From Trichechus inunguis (Eukaryota), in NCBI GenBank assembly GCA_046562895.1, contig CM102171.1, positions 24,215,509 to 24,279,508 on the forward strand: 64,000 bases of DNA, read 5' to 3'. Shown piece after piece: positions 11,341 through 22,790 of this stretch (positions are counted from its first letter, which is position 1; each line of letters begins with the position of its first letter). Below the pieces are notes generated by a model, which made no database searches, was not told the origin of the DNA, and was given only the letters and a program-made list of their open reading frames with translations. The position numbers were made by a program, and so were the translations under genes.

Positions 11341-12299
11341 GAGCCAGGCGCAATCAGTCTGGTTGCACAAGTGGATGCTATAAGGTGCACCAGTCCCTTC
11401 CAGGTAGTAGAGCTATAGATGCTAGGCATGCCTGGTTGGTGCTCAGGGAATGAAAAGATCCCAGGGGAGGAGGGAAAAGCTTGGGCTTACTCACCATATG
11501 GCTACAGGAGGCAACTCAACCTCTCTGACCTCCTTTCCTTGTCTATGAGATGGGCCAGCAATTCCCCTACTGAATAGGGTTGGTGTGAAGGTGCAAATGT
11601 AATGGATGACTTCTTCTTAGGGTCTTATTCCTTTTCCCCTACTGGGGCCTAACACCATGGGCCTTCTATCTTTTTAAGCTGAGTTGCATTTGTGTGGCCA
11701 ATGGCTCCACTCAAGTATGAGTTTGTTGAGGCAAGGACTGTCTTTGTTTAGTCCATAGCACTCAGTGGTGCTGGCTCAATGTTGATGGAATAGGTAAGTG
11801 AGTCAGCCTCCCATCCTCCCAAAGCTCTCCTACCTTTTCCCTTAGGAGAGGCGATTAATTTAGAGCTCTGAATCTGGTTCCTGGTGCATATTAAGTGTTA
11901 AAAGTTAGCATTGTTTATTACTAAGGGCCTCTAGGGATGGGTGACAAGTAGGCAAGATTGGCCAAAGTGGATATGTGGTAGGTTCCTTCCCATCTCAGTC
12001 CCCGCTCCTATGGGCATCCTTTGACCTTGTCATTGCTAATAACCACATAGCCTCTAAAACCTCAACCTTGCTGCCCCATCCTCACCTTCCAAGCAGCCAT
12101 TTCTCTACCTCAAAGCTTCAGTGTTAACCTCAACAACTTTCTCATCATCCACAACCTCCTTTTCATTTTCATCTTTGTCCAGCTTAAAGGGTCTATCAGT
12201 GCAATCACTGACTTGAAACCTCCCTTAACTCCCTCGCCCCTCCCCCTCCCCATGACACTTAGTGGGAAAATCCCATCCCTTCTTCTACCAACCACCCCT

Positions 12300-12326
12300 T
12301 GCCGTGCCTGCCTGCCTGCCTGCCTG
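12300..12326. repeat. (CCTG)n microsatellite
   Basis: gcctgcctgcctgcctgcctgc. Confidence 0.8.
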
Positions 12327-13775
12327 CGCCTGACTAGCTGCATGCTGTTGGAAGAGAAATACCCCACCCTGCTGATAGAGCTCATTTGAAACTCATGGCA
12401 GCAAATTTCAAGGGATGCCTAATGGGCTCTGACTACCCTTCTCTATCTTGTGTGAGATTCCCCTTTCAAGACAACCATTCACACCTCCTCTCTTCTCAAC
12501 TACACCTCGGCCCACTTTCTCTCACCTCATTGAGAAAATAGAAGCAAATTGGGCAGGAAAGTCCGCCCCCTCCCAGCAGCAAATCTAACAAACCATTGGC
12601 ATCTGAACTCCCTGTCTTCCTTCCTGTTCCCACAGAGGACGTGCCCTAGCTCCTCACTGCCCACCCCACCCCCCACCCCTGCCCATAGATCTCACCCCAT
12701 CAAGGCCTCCAGGGCTGCACTCCATGGCATCTGCAGCCTAGCCTGACTGCTACATCTACCTCGCAGGATTGTAAGACCCAATTAGGTAACATGGGAAACC
12801 GCTCTTTAAATTGTATGCATGAGGATGGACCCAGCACTGACTGTAGAGTGGGACAGATACATCCCAGTGACAGGCAAATAGGCCTTGCTGGAAATAGTGG
12901 AGCTCAGTTTACATCAGAGCCAGATTCCAAGTCAATCCCTTCAGGGACAAACACTTGTTACCAAATTACTCTTGAAAGTCTCTTAAATTGCCCATAAAAT
13001 ACAGTACAGTATGATCTCCGATTAAATTCAACACAGCCCATCTGTTTTTCTCCAGCATTGGGCTTTTCTTTGGTTGAGTACCAGATGAAGTAACTGATTA
13101 GTTTAAGGACCCATTTTATAAGAATCTATGTCTTTAAACAGCAAAATCACATTCAGCATGGTCAGATGCTATTTATCAAACCTATTTCCTCTTCTTCCTA
13201 GGCCCACACACGAATCTATATTTCACAACCTCCTTGCACTTCGATGCATCCCTGTGACTGAGTTGTAACCAATGAAATGTGAATGGAAGTAACATGTGCT
13301 AATTCCATGCCTTCCCAAGCCTCATGCATGATGCAAACAGGCAGGGCAATCTTGGAAGCCATGTGTTAACAATAGCGGAACTCTAAGATGGGAGCAGCCT
13401 GAGTCCCTGAATCACTGCTTGCAGGAGAAGCTTCCCAGTCAGGAGCACCTGACAGGCCTTTACATGAGTTAGAAATCAACTTCCTTCGTGGTAGAGCCAC
13501 CACACATTTTGGGGTTTGTTACAATAGCTAGTGTTACTTTTGATCACACTTTGAGACCCAAGACCACCTGAGAGAACAGCAGTCTTGGTAAGATCTCATG
13601 CCCTCTCTGAGGCACAGGCTTATTGAGTGGAATGAGCAAATGCATTTTCTGCATGGTAGTTATTCCTTCTGTCCACAAGCATATAGTTGAATTCCAGAAA
13701 GTTATACTGCACATACAGTGTGACTCCACTAGATTCCGTAGATCAAATATAGTGACTCCAGGACCCAATTCAGAA

Positions 13776-13936
13776 ACCCTGGTGGTGTAGTGGTTAAGTG
13801 CTATGGCTGCTAACCAAAAGGCTGCTAACCAAAATCTACCAGGCGCTCCTTGGAAACTCTATGGGGCAGTTCCACTCTGTCCTATAGAGTCACTATGAGT
13901 CAGAATCAACTTGACGGCAACGGGTTTGGTTTTTTT
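13776..13936 (+). mobile_element. AfroSINE (tRNA-derived SINE)
   Basis: ggtggtgtagtggttaagtgctatggctgctaaccaaaaggct...tatagagtcactatgagtcagaatcaacttgacggcaacgggtttggtttttt. Confidence 0.8.
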
Positions 13937-14248
13937 GGGACCCAATTCAGCCCAGACTTCCCCTATTCCCCACTCCCTACCCTAAACCCCCAAGGGGTCA
14001 CAGGTCACAGGTTCCAGGCTATGAATGCAGGGTCTGTGCTCTGCAGGTTCTTCTTGAGTTCAGTCCAGCCACTGGACATGGGACAGAAGGTAGCAGACTG
14101 ACTTCCAGACCTCTCCCATGGGAGAGGGGCTAAAAAGCCCTTCCTGGGGTCCTCAGTGCTTCTACTTGAGTGGAAGGTGCTCACACTCTCCTCCCCAATT
14201 CGCCCTCCTTTTCTTAGCTCACACAGAGCTGGATAAGTTACAGACTTC

Positions 14249-14256
14249 TGACGTCA
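14249..14256. promoter_or_regulatory. Perfect CRE palindrome TGACGTCA in a small CpG-rich patch (14.25-14.76 kb) between the MVP remnant and CDIPT
   Basis: Exact 8-mer; the surrounding 500 bp is moderately CpG-rich. Confidence 0.25.
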
Positions 14257-16215
14257 CTGTAAGCACTAAGGAGCCAGTTGGGGCTGCGGGAACCGGCAGG
14301 GCAGAGGGTTCCCTGCTCTTAGGCCTGGGCGAGTGCTCAGAGGGCTCATTTGGCTGGAGAAGACAGCTGACTCGCAAAGGACAATGGGAAGGAAAAAGAG
14401 CTCCAGAGCAGAAGCTGGGAGGGCACCTTTCCTACCGCCCTCTCAGGGCGCAAGCTGCCCCTTATTCGTCCCCCACCTTGACTGGGAGCAGGAAGCCGGA
14501 CAGGGGCACACTGGAAGTTGGAGGGGCAACTCAGCTTTGTGCATTATCCTTCTCGAGCCAAAATCCTTCCTTGCCACTGCCCTGCTTAAAGCCTTTCAGT
14601 GTCCATCCCAACTGTCTCCAAAAGAGGTCCAAGACGGTCTGCTGCAGCGTAGCATTGTTCACAGTAGCCGGACCTGATTAAATAATTCACGGAATAGTGT
14701 GCAGCCATTATGAGGACTGCCGAAACGGCGGCGCTGAGTACCCTCAGTGTTAAGAGGGCAGGCTCTGGAGCCAAACTGGCCAGTTTGGGACCCTCTCAGG
14801 GACCTCAATTTCCTGTCTGTAGAATGAGCACAATAACAGGATTATCATATCGTATGTAACGGTTCTTAGATGAAATAACACAAAAAAGCACTTAGAACAG
14901 CGGTAACTTGTTAGCAGGGCAGCGAATATATAGAATGAATTTTAAAATATGGAAATCTCTATGTACAGATGTAAGGGATTTATTTAGACAAATACACAAG
15001 AAATTAGTAGTAGTGGTTGCCTCTAGGGAGAGCTGACAGCTTGAGGCGGGAAGAGACTATTTTGTCATCCTTCTACAGTGTTGGAAGTTTTATGTGAATA
15101 TTGTACCTATTTAAAACAAAAATCCCCTCAGCAGCTCCGTGTGGCCCTCAGGATAAAGTCTAAATGCCCTACAAGGCTCCTCAGGCCGTCCTGCTGGCTT
15201 CTTCTGCCTCATCTCTCATCAGCGCCCCACCTCACCCCCAGCACTTAAGTGTTTCAGCTGAATCGATCTACTTCCATTTCTGCAGTTTCCCAGGGTGCTC
15301 TCTGGCCTCCCTGCCGCTGTACTATTCCCTCCTCTGCTAGCCCTTCCCTCCTCAATCCCTATGCAGCTTGGGTTACCCACCCCCTTCACCAAACCTAAGC
15401 GAGGTTTCTACTCCCTAACCAATCTGTTTTTGCTCCTCTGTGACTGTGACCTCCAAGAGGGCTCGGAAGCCAGCCGCACAGCTCCCCACTGAGTCCCCTG
15501 TGCCTAGAACAAGAGTTGAAGCTCAATACACATCAGCTAAGTTTCAGCTCTTCTGGACACCAACTGCCTCTTGGGCCACTTGGCTGAGCTTTATGAGGAT
15601 TAAATGAGTAACATCTGCAAAGAACCCCCAGTACAGGGTCTGGCAGATGGCAGGCCCAATATAGTTTTCAAAAAGAAAGCAGGTGCCAGGCGGCAGAGAA
15701 AGCTCAAATAGTAGGAGTAGCTGTTAGGGACTGATGCCCAGAACAATGTCTAGTACATGCTAGGTGCTCAAAAACTGTTAAAATTGCAGACTTCTGGGCC
15801 CACTATCCCTAGAGTACACTTTGAGAACCCAACCGATCTGTTCACAAATATTTACTAAGTAGCTACTATACGGCACGTTAAGGTTAGTCTTCACTCCAGG
15901 GGCAGAGAAGGGAACAAGAAAAGTAGGTGCCCTCATGGAGTTTACATCCTAGTGGGGGTAGAAAATACCAAGTATACAAATAAATGTAGACAATGTTATA
16001 AATAACATTATAAAGCAGGTGGGTAGAGACAACATGGCATGTGCTTGGGTGGCAGAGAGGGCCTTTGAGGGTACCGTGGAACAGCAGAAAGGAGCCAGTC
16101 AGCAAACTAGGGACCCAGCTCCATTTTCCTTTTTTTCCCTAAGGCTCCCCTGGACCCAGGCCCTGGTCCAAGAGTTTCTCAAAGGAAACCAAGTCCAGAT
16201 AGTGAAGTTCCCACC

Positions 16216-16221
16216 TTTATT
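16216..16221 (-). promoter_or_regulatory. CDIPT: Candidate CDIPT polyadenylation signal (AATAAA on minus)
   Basis: A tttatt on the plus strand lies about 530 nt downstream of the stop. Confidence 0.3.
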
Positions 16222-16749
16222 ATCAAGGCTTCCAGGTCCAGGGTAGACAGGACAGAGGAAACTGCAACAGAGAAGGATCTAGAAGGTCCCTTCCCTCCTG
16301 GGTGTGGTGCCCCCAGGCTGCCTCTGCCCAGGGGTAGAAGCCTGACTCCCCTGCCTTTTGGGGACCCTGGCCCCTACATCATCTCCCTCACTCAAGTGTC
16401 CCTAAAATCTTGGCCAAGCCAGCCTCCAGGGCTGTGTCAGCAGGGCATGACAATGCCCAATCCTCAGGCCTCCTGGGGCCCCAGGGTATCATCACCTGTA
16501 TAGGTGGGGCCCTTGAGTATCCTTCCTCAACAGAAGCCCAGGTCCTTGGGGCTCACAGGGGTGGGACTAGTCCTCAGGAGTTTGGAGAACATGACATCAC
16601 CAAAGAGAGGCTGACCCCTATCCCAGTGGGCTGGACAACACATTAGGAAGATGTAAGACTGGGACCTCCTAGGAGGGGAAGGGGAGCCGTGTGGCACAGT
16701 GAGACTCCCAGGGCAAGTGGGTGCTGGGGGACTGGAGGTTCCAGGGTCA

Positions 16750-16892
16750 TTTCTTTTTGGCACGGTCTGCCGCGTCCAGGGCAGCCATGTTGCGGGCGGC
16801 TGTGATCAGGTGGATGACACTGATGACGGACTTCAGCAACGCAATGGGGGCAGTGATCCAGAGGCCCATGCGGAAAAGACCCACAGAGCCAA
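16750..16892 (-). CDS. CDIPT: CDIPT exon 6 (last): VGSVGLFRMGLWITAPIALLKSVISVIHLITAARNMAALDAADRAKKK*
   Basis: Close match to the human CDIPT C-terminus. The stop is RC(tca) at 16747-16749 and the acceptor is cccacag|TT. Confidence 0.9.
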
Positions 16893-17022
16893 CTGTGGGA
16901 AGGAAGCAGGGGAGAGACAAAGGAAATGAGATGCAGGGACCGGCCTAGGAGTCTGAGGCCTTCACCTCCCCTGGCAGGCCAGAAGCCCCTCCCACCCTCC
17001 TGTCCAGCCCCTCAGCTCCTAC

Positions 17023-17104
17023 CTAGTGGTCCCTCGGAGAAACTGAACAGATAGAGGAGGCAGTAGAAAAGCTCATTTCCAGCACACAGAACGAACAGAG
17101 CAGG
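17023..17104 (-). CDS. CDIPT: CDIPT exon 5: PALFVLCAGNELFYCLLYLFSFSEGPL
   Basis: Homology to human CDIPT; acceptor tgcag|CCT and donor G|gtagga. Confidence 0.85.
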
Positions 17105-17487
17105 CTGCACAAACAGAAAAAAGGCTGCTTAAGCAAGAGGGCAGGGCAGTATACCCCTTCCTGCCCGGCCCACTCACTCAGGGAAAGGGAGCCCAAACTC
17201 TCAGGCAGGTAGGTAGCAGGGAGGAACATATGGGGGGGGGAGGGGCGGGGGAAGGGGTGTCACAAGCACAAGGGCCTCATTTCCATTTGCTGCCTGGAAC
17301 AATTCATAGTCCTCCCCACCAATCCTGCTCTTTCGTGTCTCAGCTTACAGGCTCCTCCTTCCCTGGGAGACTGGGCTGGCTGTCCCTCTAGGCTGCCTCT
17401 CCTAACTTGGGACCAGGGCTCGGACCAGGGCGCAGCCTAAGATCTGGCATAAGCTAAGTGAATAAAGGGAGGGGTAGAAATACTCAC

Positions 17488-17569
17488 TCTGGAGGTATAG
17501 TAAATCCGAAGCACCGGATTCCCAGACAGGTCGATCATTTTGTGACTTTCACTGCCTCGGACCACAGAG
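17488..17569 (-). CDS. CDIPT: CDIPT exon 4: SVVRGSESHKMIDLSGNPVLRIYYTSR
   Basis: Homology to human CDIPT; acceptor ccaag|C and donor AGA|gtgagt. Confidence 0.85.
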
Positions 17570-18043
17570 CTTGGGGAGTAAGTAGGGGGTATCCATGAGT
17601 TTACATTACCACTAACATCCCTCTAAGTCTCACATCGACCCCATGTAGTAGGTACTGGGATTGCCTCTGTTGTACAGATGAACTGGGGCACAGATGAGGA
17701 CCAGAGTATCTTGTCCAAAGCCCCATGATTACCTAGTTAGGGGCAGAGTCAGGATTCAAATGCCACATTCGAAAGCTCTCACACCCCTTCTCACGAGCTA
17801 TTACCCATTTGAAATCCTGGAAAATCCAGCCAGAAAGGTCTTAAGAATTGCTTAATTCAACTGTAAATAGGACTGACACTGATTCAGAGAGGGTCAGGAC
17901 TTGGCATGGGCAAAGCAGAGGCTCAAAAATGAAGACCCCCCAAGAAGCCATCCCAGACACCCTCCCATTTAGTCTCACCCCTCCCACCGTAGTGTCTTCT
18001 TCAACCTGTCTACTCCTCCAGGCATCCCAGAATCGAACCAGAC

Positions 18044-18197
18044 CTGTGGAGGTGCAGCCAGTGGCTGGCCACGTCCAAGCTCATACTGAGCTGAAAGAGA
18101 AGGGTTGCTCGAGGGTACAGCAGGGCCAGGTTGACCAGCAGACACATGGTGGAGCAGCGGTCCGTCAGCATATCCAGCATGGCCCCAAACCGGGTCC
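18044..18197 (-). CDS. CDIPT: CDIPT exon 3: GTRFGAMLDMLTDRCSTMCLLVNLALLYPRATLLFQLSMSLDVASHWLHLH
   Basis: Homology to human CDIPT; acceptor tttttcag|GG and donor AG|gtctgg. Confidence 0.85.
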
Positions 18198-18929
18198 CTG
18201 AAAAATCAGGACTATTAGATGGGAAGGGGCTGTTAGGCGCAATGGACCCACGACACATGCCATAGTTGGTGTATCACTCTGATGCAGACTCTAGAAGATT
18301 GGAAGTGTTCACTATTCACTGCCTGGGGAGAACAGCAGGCTGATATCAGTGGGAGTGAGAGGTCAATGGGCAAGAGTCACCATGATATGAAATGAGAAGG
18401 CAAGGGCATGTAGAGGGAACAGTTTAGGATGGGGGTGGACAGCTATCTCTACAACTCATCAATCCCAGAGCCAAGGCTCCAGGTCAAGACAGAGAGACTT
18501 GAAGTCTCAGTGGAAGTCTCAGAAGTGCGTCTGGAGAACAGATTTAAAAAAATAAGTCAGTCTTCCAGAAGCCATGGTTTCCCTCTCCACTCTTCCTCTA
18601 AACATGCCTTCCAGAATCCCTATTGCTTGTGTCTGGCACACAGTAGGCCCTCAGAAAACACTTGTTGGATTCATATTCAAAGAGACCCTCAGCACTGCCA
18701 CAGCCGTTCAGTCTTGCTATCCGACATCCCTCACAATCAGTTAAGTGTTTTTCAAGAACTAGCTTAAATCTCTTCTGATACAAAACCGGGCCATTCTGTT
18801 TGCTTTCTATAGAGATGGGAATGACAGAGCCCTTCAGACTCCCCAGTTCCGGCCCACCCTGAGATCCTGACGAGGAAGGGGGCAGGGAGTTGTCGGGCCC
18901 CAAAGCTGGCTGGGAGAGGTGTCTGTCAC

Positions 18930-19064
18930 CTTGATTAAGGGCTCGAGCAGCGTGTCCATCGAAAGCATCCAGAAGTCCGCTGAGCAGGTAGAAGGACGAG
19001 GCCGTGAGGGGGCAGCAAGGCATGAAGTAGAAAGAAATGATAGCGAAGACGATCCGGGCATAAC
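18930..19064 (-). CDS. CDIPT: CDIPT exon 2: YARIVFAIISFYFMPCCPLTASSFYLLSGLLDAFDGHAARALNQ
   Basis: Homology to human CDIPT (CDP-alcohol phosphotransferase motif region); acceptor cccaag|GT and donor G|gtgaca. Confidence 0.85.
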
Positions 19065-19159
19065 CTTGGGATGGGGAGGGGGGAGACAGACGGTGGGGTT
19101 CACGGACTCGCCCAAGGTTCGTTGCCCCAGTTCGCCCTAGGGCCGCAGGCAATACTCAC

Positions 19160-19202
19160 CGATGAGGTTAGGCACGAACAGGAAGACATTTTCGCCTGGC
19201 AT
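19160..19202 (-). CDS. CDIPT: CDIPT exon 1 (start codon): MPGENVFLFVPNLIG
   Basis: ATG = RC of 19200-19202, matching human MPDENIFLFVPNLIG, with donor G|gtgagt. The six exon lengths sum to 639 nt (213 codons), as in human CDIPT. Confidence 0.85.
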
Positions 19203-19700
19203 CGCGGCAGCTCCTTTGCCGTCCCGGGCTCCTTCTGTAGGTGCCAGAGCTCTTCCAGCCCCGCCGCGCGACCTCACCCTCCGGTTCGGCGCATCGGCCG
19301 CGCCAACTGCGTACAGTATCCCGTTTCCCCGGCCCAGCCCCAGATGTGAAACCTCTCAGCCGGCCCGAGCATGGGCCGGCCCCGATGTGTACGGGGTGCA
19401 GGGGGCGCGCGCACCCCGCCAGTCCAATGGGCAGCTCCTAGCCGCTGCCCGCCCTGCAGGGGCCCCCGCTTCCAGCTGTGGTCCTAGCTGCTCCAGCTGT
19501 GCTCAGCTTCCGAGAACCCACCCCTCTGCGCTGGTAGTTGCAAAATTAAAGAAAAGAGCCTTAAAAAATGGCTGCGGCCCCTTTAAGATCTGCCCGCTTC
19601 CTTTTCCTTTTCTTCACTCCGCCTCTTGATGGCTCGTACCAAAATGCAGAAGGAGGAGGGGGAGAAAAGAACCGTCGACGCCGGGCAAAAGAAGGAACTG
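19203..19700. promoter_or_regulatory. CDIPT: CpG-island promoter of CDIPT, possibly bidirectional with the plus-strand candidate transcript
   Basis: Very CpG- and GC-rich (ccgccgcgcgacc..., ggcgcatcggccgcgcc) immediately upstream of the CDIPT ATG. Confidence 0.7.
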
Positions 19701-20633
19701 AAAAGGCGAGGGCAAAACACAAGGAAACCTAGGTAAATATCTCTACTTTTCTTTATACGGGGTAAGTGTTTTCCCGGAGACAAAGAGAAAGAGAAAAGAT
19801 TCCTCCCTTTTGAATCTTGACATCCCCAAGAGACGAGGTTATTTGGTACACTCCACATCTTTCCTTCCCTGCCCCCTAACTCTGGCCTCTTTTGCACTCT
19901 CCGGCTTCAGGTTACGAAAGGACGGCTAGAGAGTTTGGAAAGCGGTCTAGGGCGGGGTTGCTTCTTGCGCGCCCCTAGTGGTAGGAGGATTAGGTTCAAG
20001 GCTCCACTCTGTGGTATTTTCCATCTTCTCAAGCCTCTGGCACTTGGGTCGCCGCCCTCAAGAAGGGACCTAGAGGGTGGTGGAGGAGAGGCTGGAGGAG
20101 GGAACGCGGCATGCTGGGAAAATGACCCTAACCTTTGGTTCTAGAACCTTTAATACATCTCCTGGCAACGGGGCTGCGGAATCTCCGCAGACACCAAGGT
20201 TTTTATAGCAGCGGGTAGTGGTGTGGCCCTGGGTCCCTCTCTTTCCAACCTTCTTCCCCGTCTCCGCCTCCCTGTCTCCCCCCACCACCCCGCCAACAAG
20301 CCCTGTAGAAACAGCTGCCGCAGAGGCCCCATCTCCCTTTCTGCTGAGTAGCCCAAGATTTCAACCCATCTGCCAGGTCTGGGGAGGCAAGTCGGCTGCC
20401 TTGGCTTGAGAGGGAAGAAGAAAGGAGAGCCCCACCGGGTGAAATGGGGAGGGGGATTGTTGTGCCCCCTATCCCCCCCCCCCAGAAGAATCTGACACAG
20501 TGGGGACTGAGACAGCGGGGTGGTTCGTCTATAAGCCCTGTTTAAATCTGGGCAGGGCAATAGTGGTGGGATGGGTTTCTGGGGGGAAGTGGGCTAGTTT
20601 CTGTCTAAACAGGCTCCAACTGTTCCCAGAGGG

Positions 20634-21835
20634 ATGGCATCCACTCCTACCAAGAATGAGGAGAAAAAGGGCAACTGGCCGACCCAAGCTGCATCCTCCT
20701 TGGCTGGAGGTCAGGTGAGCGTGGAGGGGAGCACTAAAGGTGGAAGTGTAATGTAGTGGAGACCTCCTAGGTGGTGGCACCCAGCCCCAGGTCTGAGCCA
20801 CGAGCCCTCGGCCCTAAGATCTCACCTCACCCTCATCCCAGAGACTCCCCAGTCTTGAGACCTGCCCCCCCCCCCACCCTGAGATCCCCACCTCCAAAGA
20901 CCCCCAGTCCTGAGCCCTAGGCCCAGAGCCATAGCCCTCATCACTGACCCTGAGGTCCCCAAAGACTGCCCCCCAGGTCCAGGGCCTTCTAGGTTAAATA
21001 TGAAGGCCCAATTCTCCAGTACGAGACTCCTTAGACCCATATCCCCTAGCCTGCTAGCTCCCAGACCCAGAAGCCCCAGGTAGGAGCTCCCAGGCTGAGC
21101 CCCTCTGACTTCTTTTTTTCCCCAGAAGGCTTCCTTATCCCGTTCGGAGGAATTTCTGACCCGGATTAGCACAGAACTCACTGATGAAGCCTTGTTTATT
21201 GCTGGCTACCGCATGAACCGTGTGCCCACCAAGGAAAAGCAGACACAAGACCAAGGGACTCAGATATCTAAACACGGTGATTCCTGCCCCAGGACCACTG
21301 TGTCCAAAGACCCTTCCATACACCTAATTCCAGTCCCTGACCCCTCTCTAACCACAGTTGACCTCTCCAAGGATCCACGCCCATCTCCCCGATCTAGCAG
21401 CCAGCCCTAGGGCCTACGTAGTACCCTCCACCTACTAACCCAGTCCTCGTGCCTCACTGCCTGGCCAGGAATCCCCTAGCCCCTTCTGTCCTAGCCACAT
21501 CTCTTTCTGGCCATGAGGATAGTCATTTCTCTAACTGGGGCCTTTACTTCCAGTGTTCATCACCAAGACCCGAGGCACAGATACCCGGTGAGTGAGACTT
21601 GAAGGGAGATGTCCTTTGTCCTGGGAGAAGGATGAGAAGCCTGTAGGGGAGAGAGCGAGGGTTTGACAACATCCCAGCAGGGTAGGGGGATTTTGAACCA
21701 TGCAGTCCTATTCTATTCTGCCCTGACCCTTGAATTCAGAGTTCTCAGCTCTCTCCCTTCTCTTCTGCCATCTTTAGCTGTGACAGAAATCGTACCCGCA
21801 CCAAAGCACACCTCCTGCCATCCCCTCGTGAAAAG
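20634..21835 (+). other. Candidate spliced plus-strand ORF opposite CDIPT (CDIPTOSP-like): exons 20634-20714, 21126-21276, 21554-21587 and 21778-21835; a possible terminal exon at 22820 carries a stop at 22832
   Basis: Four exons with canonical AG/GT sites and compatible phases give one ORF: MASTPTKNEEKKGNWPTQAASSLAGGQ|KASLSRSEEFLTRISTELTDEALFIAGYRMNRVPTKEKQTQDQGTQISKH|VFITKTRGTDT|RCDRNRTRTKAHLLPSPREK. I do not recognise the protein. Confidence 0.3.
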
Positions 21836-22379
21836 GTATATATCTAAGGTCCATGGATGACAAGGCCATTCAGTTATTCACCAAATATTTAGAGCTCCCA
21901 CTATATGCTAGTCCCTGTTTTAGGAGCTTGAGACACAGAAATGAATGATACAGTCTCTGCCCTTGAGTAATTCACAGTTTAGTATGGGAACAGACAAGTA
22001 AATGGCCAACTATAATATAATAGAAATGAAAATGCCCATAATACAAATGGAAACAAAGAGAAGAGCACTTATCCCAGCCTCTCTTGGGACAGAAGGAAAG
22101 AGATCATGGAAAACTTCCTGGAGGAAGTGACACCTAAAGAATTTACTAAGAAAACAGAGTTGGTAGGGATATTCCAAACAATGAGAATTGTATGTGCAAA
22201 GGCACAAAGGTGAAACTCAGTAGAGTGAGTGTAAGTATATATGTGTGTAGTTTGGGGAGGAGGGACGGGGCATAGGTAAATGGGTAGATGGCTAAATTCA
22301 CTGAATGTTTATTAAACACTTTCACTATGTGTCAGCACTGCATTAGGGTCTCATGTACAGCAGTGAACAAAACAGACTT

Positions 22380-22790
22380 TCTGCTCTCATGGAGTTTAAA
22401 TGGGAGGTGGGCAATTAGATGAAAGAGATGAGTGGGTGGGTGGATGGATGAGGGATAGATGGATGGCTGGGTGGATAGATGAATGGGGAGTTGTAGGTGT
22501 GTGGACGGAGATGGGTGGGTAGATGGGAAGTGGATAGATGGGGAATGGTAAATGGATGGGTAAAAGGAGAATGGTGGGTGGATACGTGGCAGGCAAATGG
22601 TGAATGGAGGTAGAAGGAGAATGGTGAGTGAATGGGTAAATGGATAGATGAATGAGGAATGGATGAGTAGAAAGAGAATGGTGGGTAGAGGGATAGATGA
22701 GTGAATGGATAGAAAGGTGGATGGATGGAGCTGGATAGAGGTTGGCTGACTGGGTAAAGGATGAAGGATAGACATGAGCCTTGGGTCTAA
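22380..22790. repeat. GGAT/GGGT-rich minisatellite (TGGATGGATAGATGG-like units)
   Basis: About 400 bp of degenerate tandem ggatgg/gggtgg/gatagatgg units. The minus-strand 147-aa ORF here is an artefact of the repeat. Confidence 0.75.

Noticed and set aside
13776-13850. tRNA-like sequences (ggtggtgtagtggttaag...aaccaaaaggt), here and in other SINE heads
   Set aside because: These are the tRNA-derived heads of AfroSINE retroposons, not tRNA genes. They are followed by the SINE body and poly-A/T tails and do not make full cloverleaf structures.
14118-14681. 187-aa plus ORF
   Set aside because: Low complexity and no recognisable domain. It lies in the intergenic CpG-enriched patch and was treated as non-coding.
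19162-19629. 155-aa plus ORF in the CDIPT CpG island
   Set aside because: GC-rich promoter sequence keeps the frame open spuriously. The composition is Ala/Pro/Arg-biased and there is no homology.
22332-22775. 147-aa minus ORF (IHPSIYP... repeats)
   Set aside because: It is the translation of the GGAT/GGGT minisatellite and is periodic only because the DNA is.
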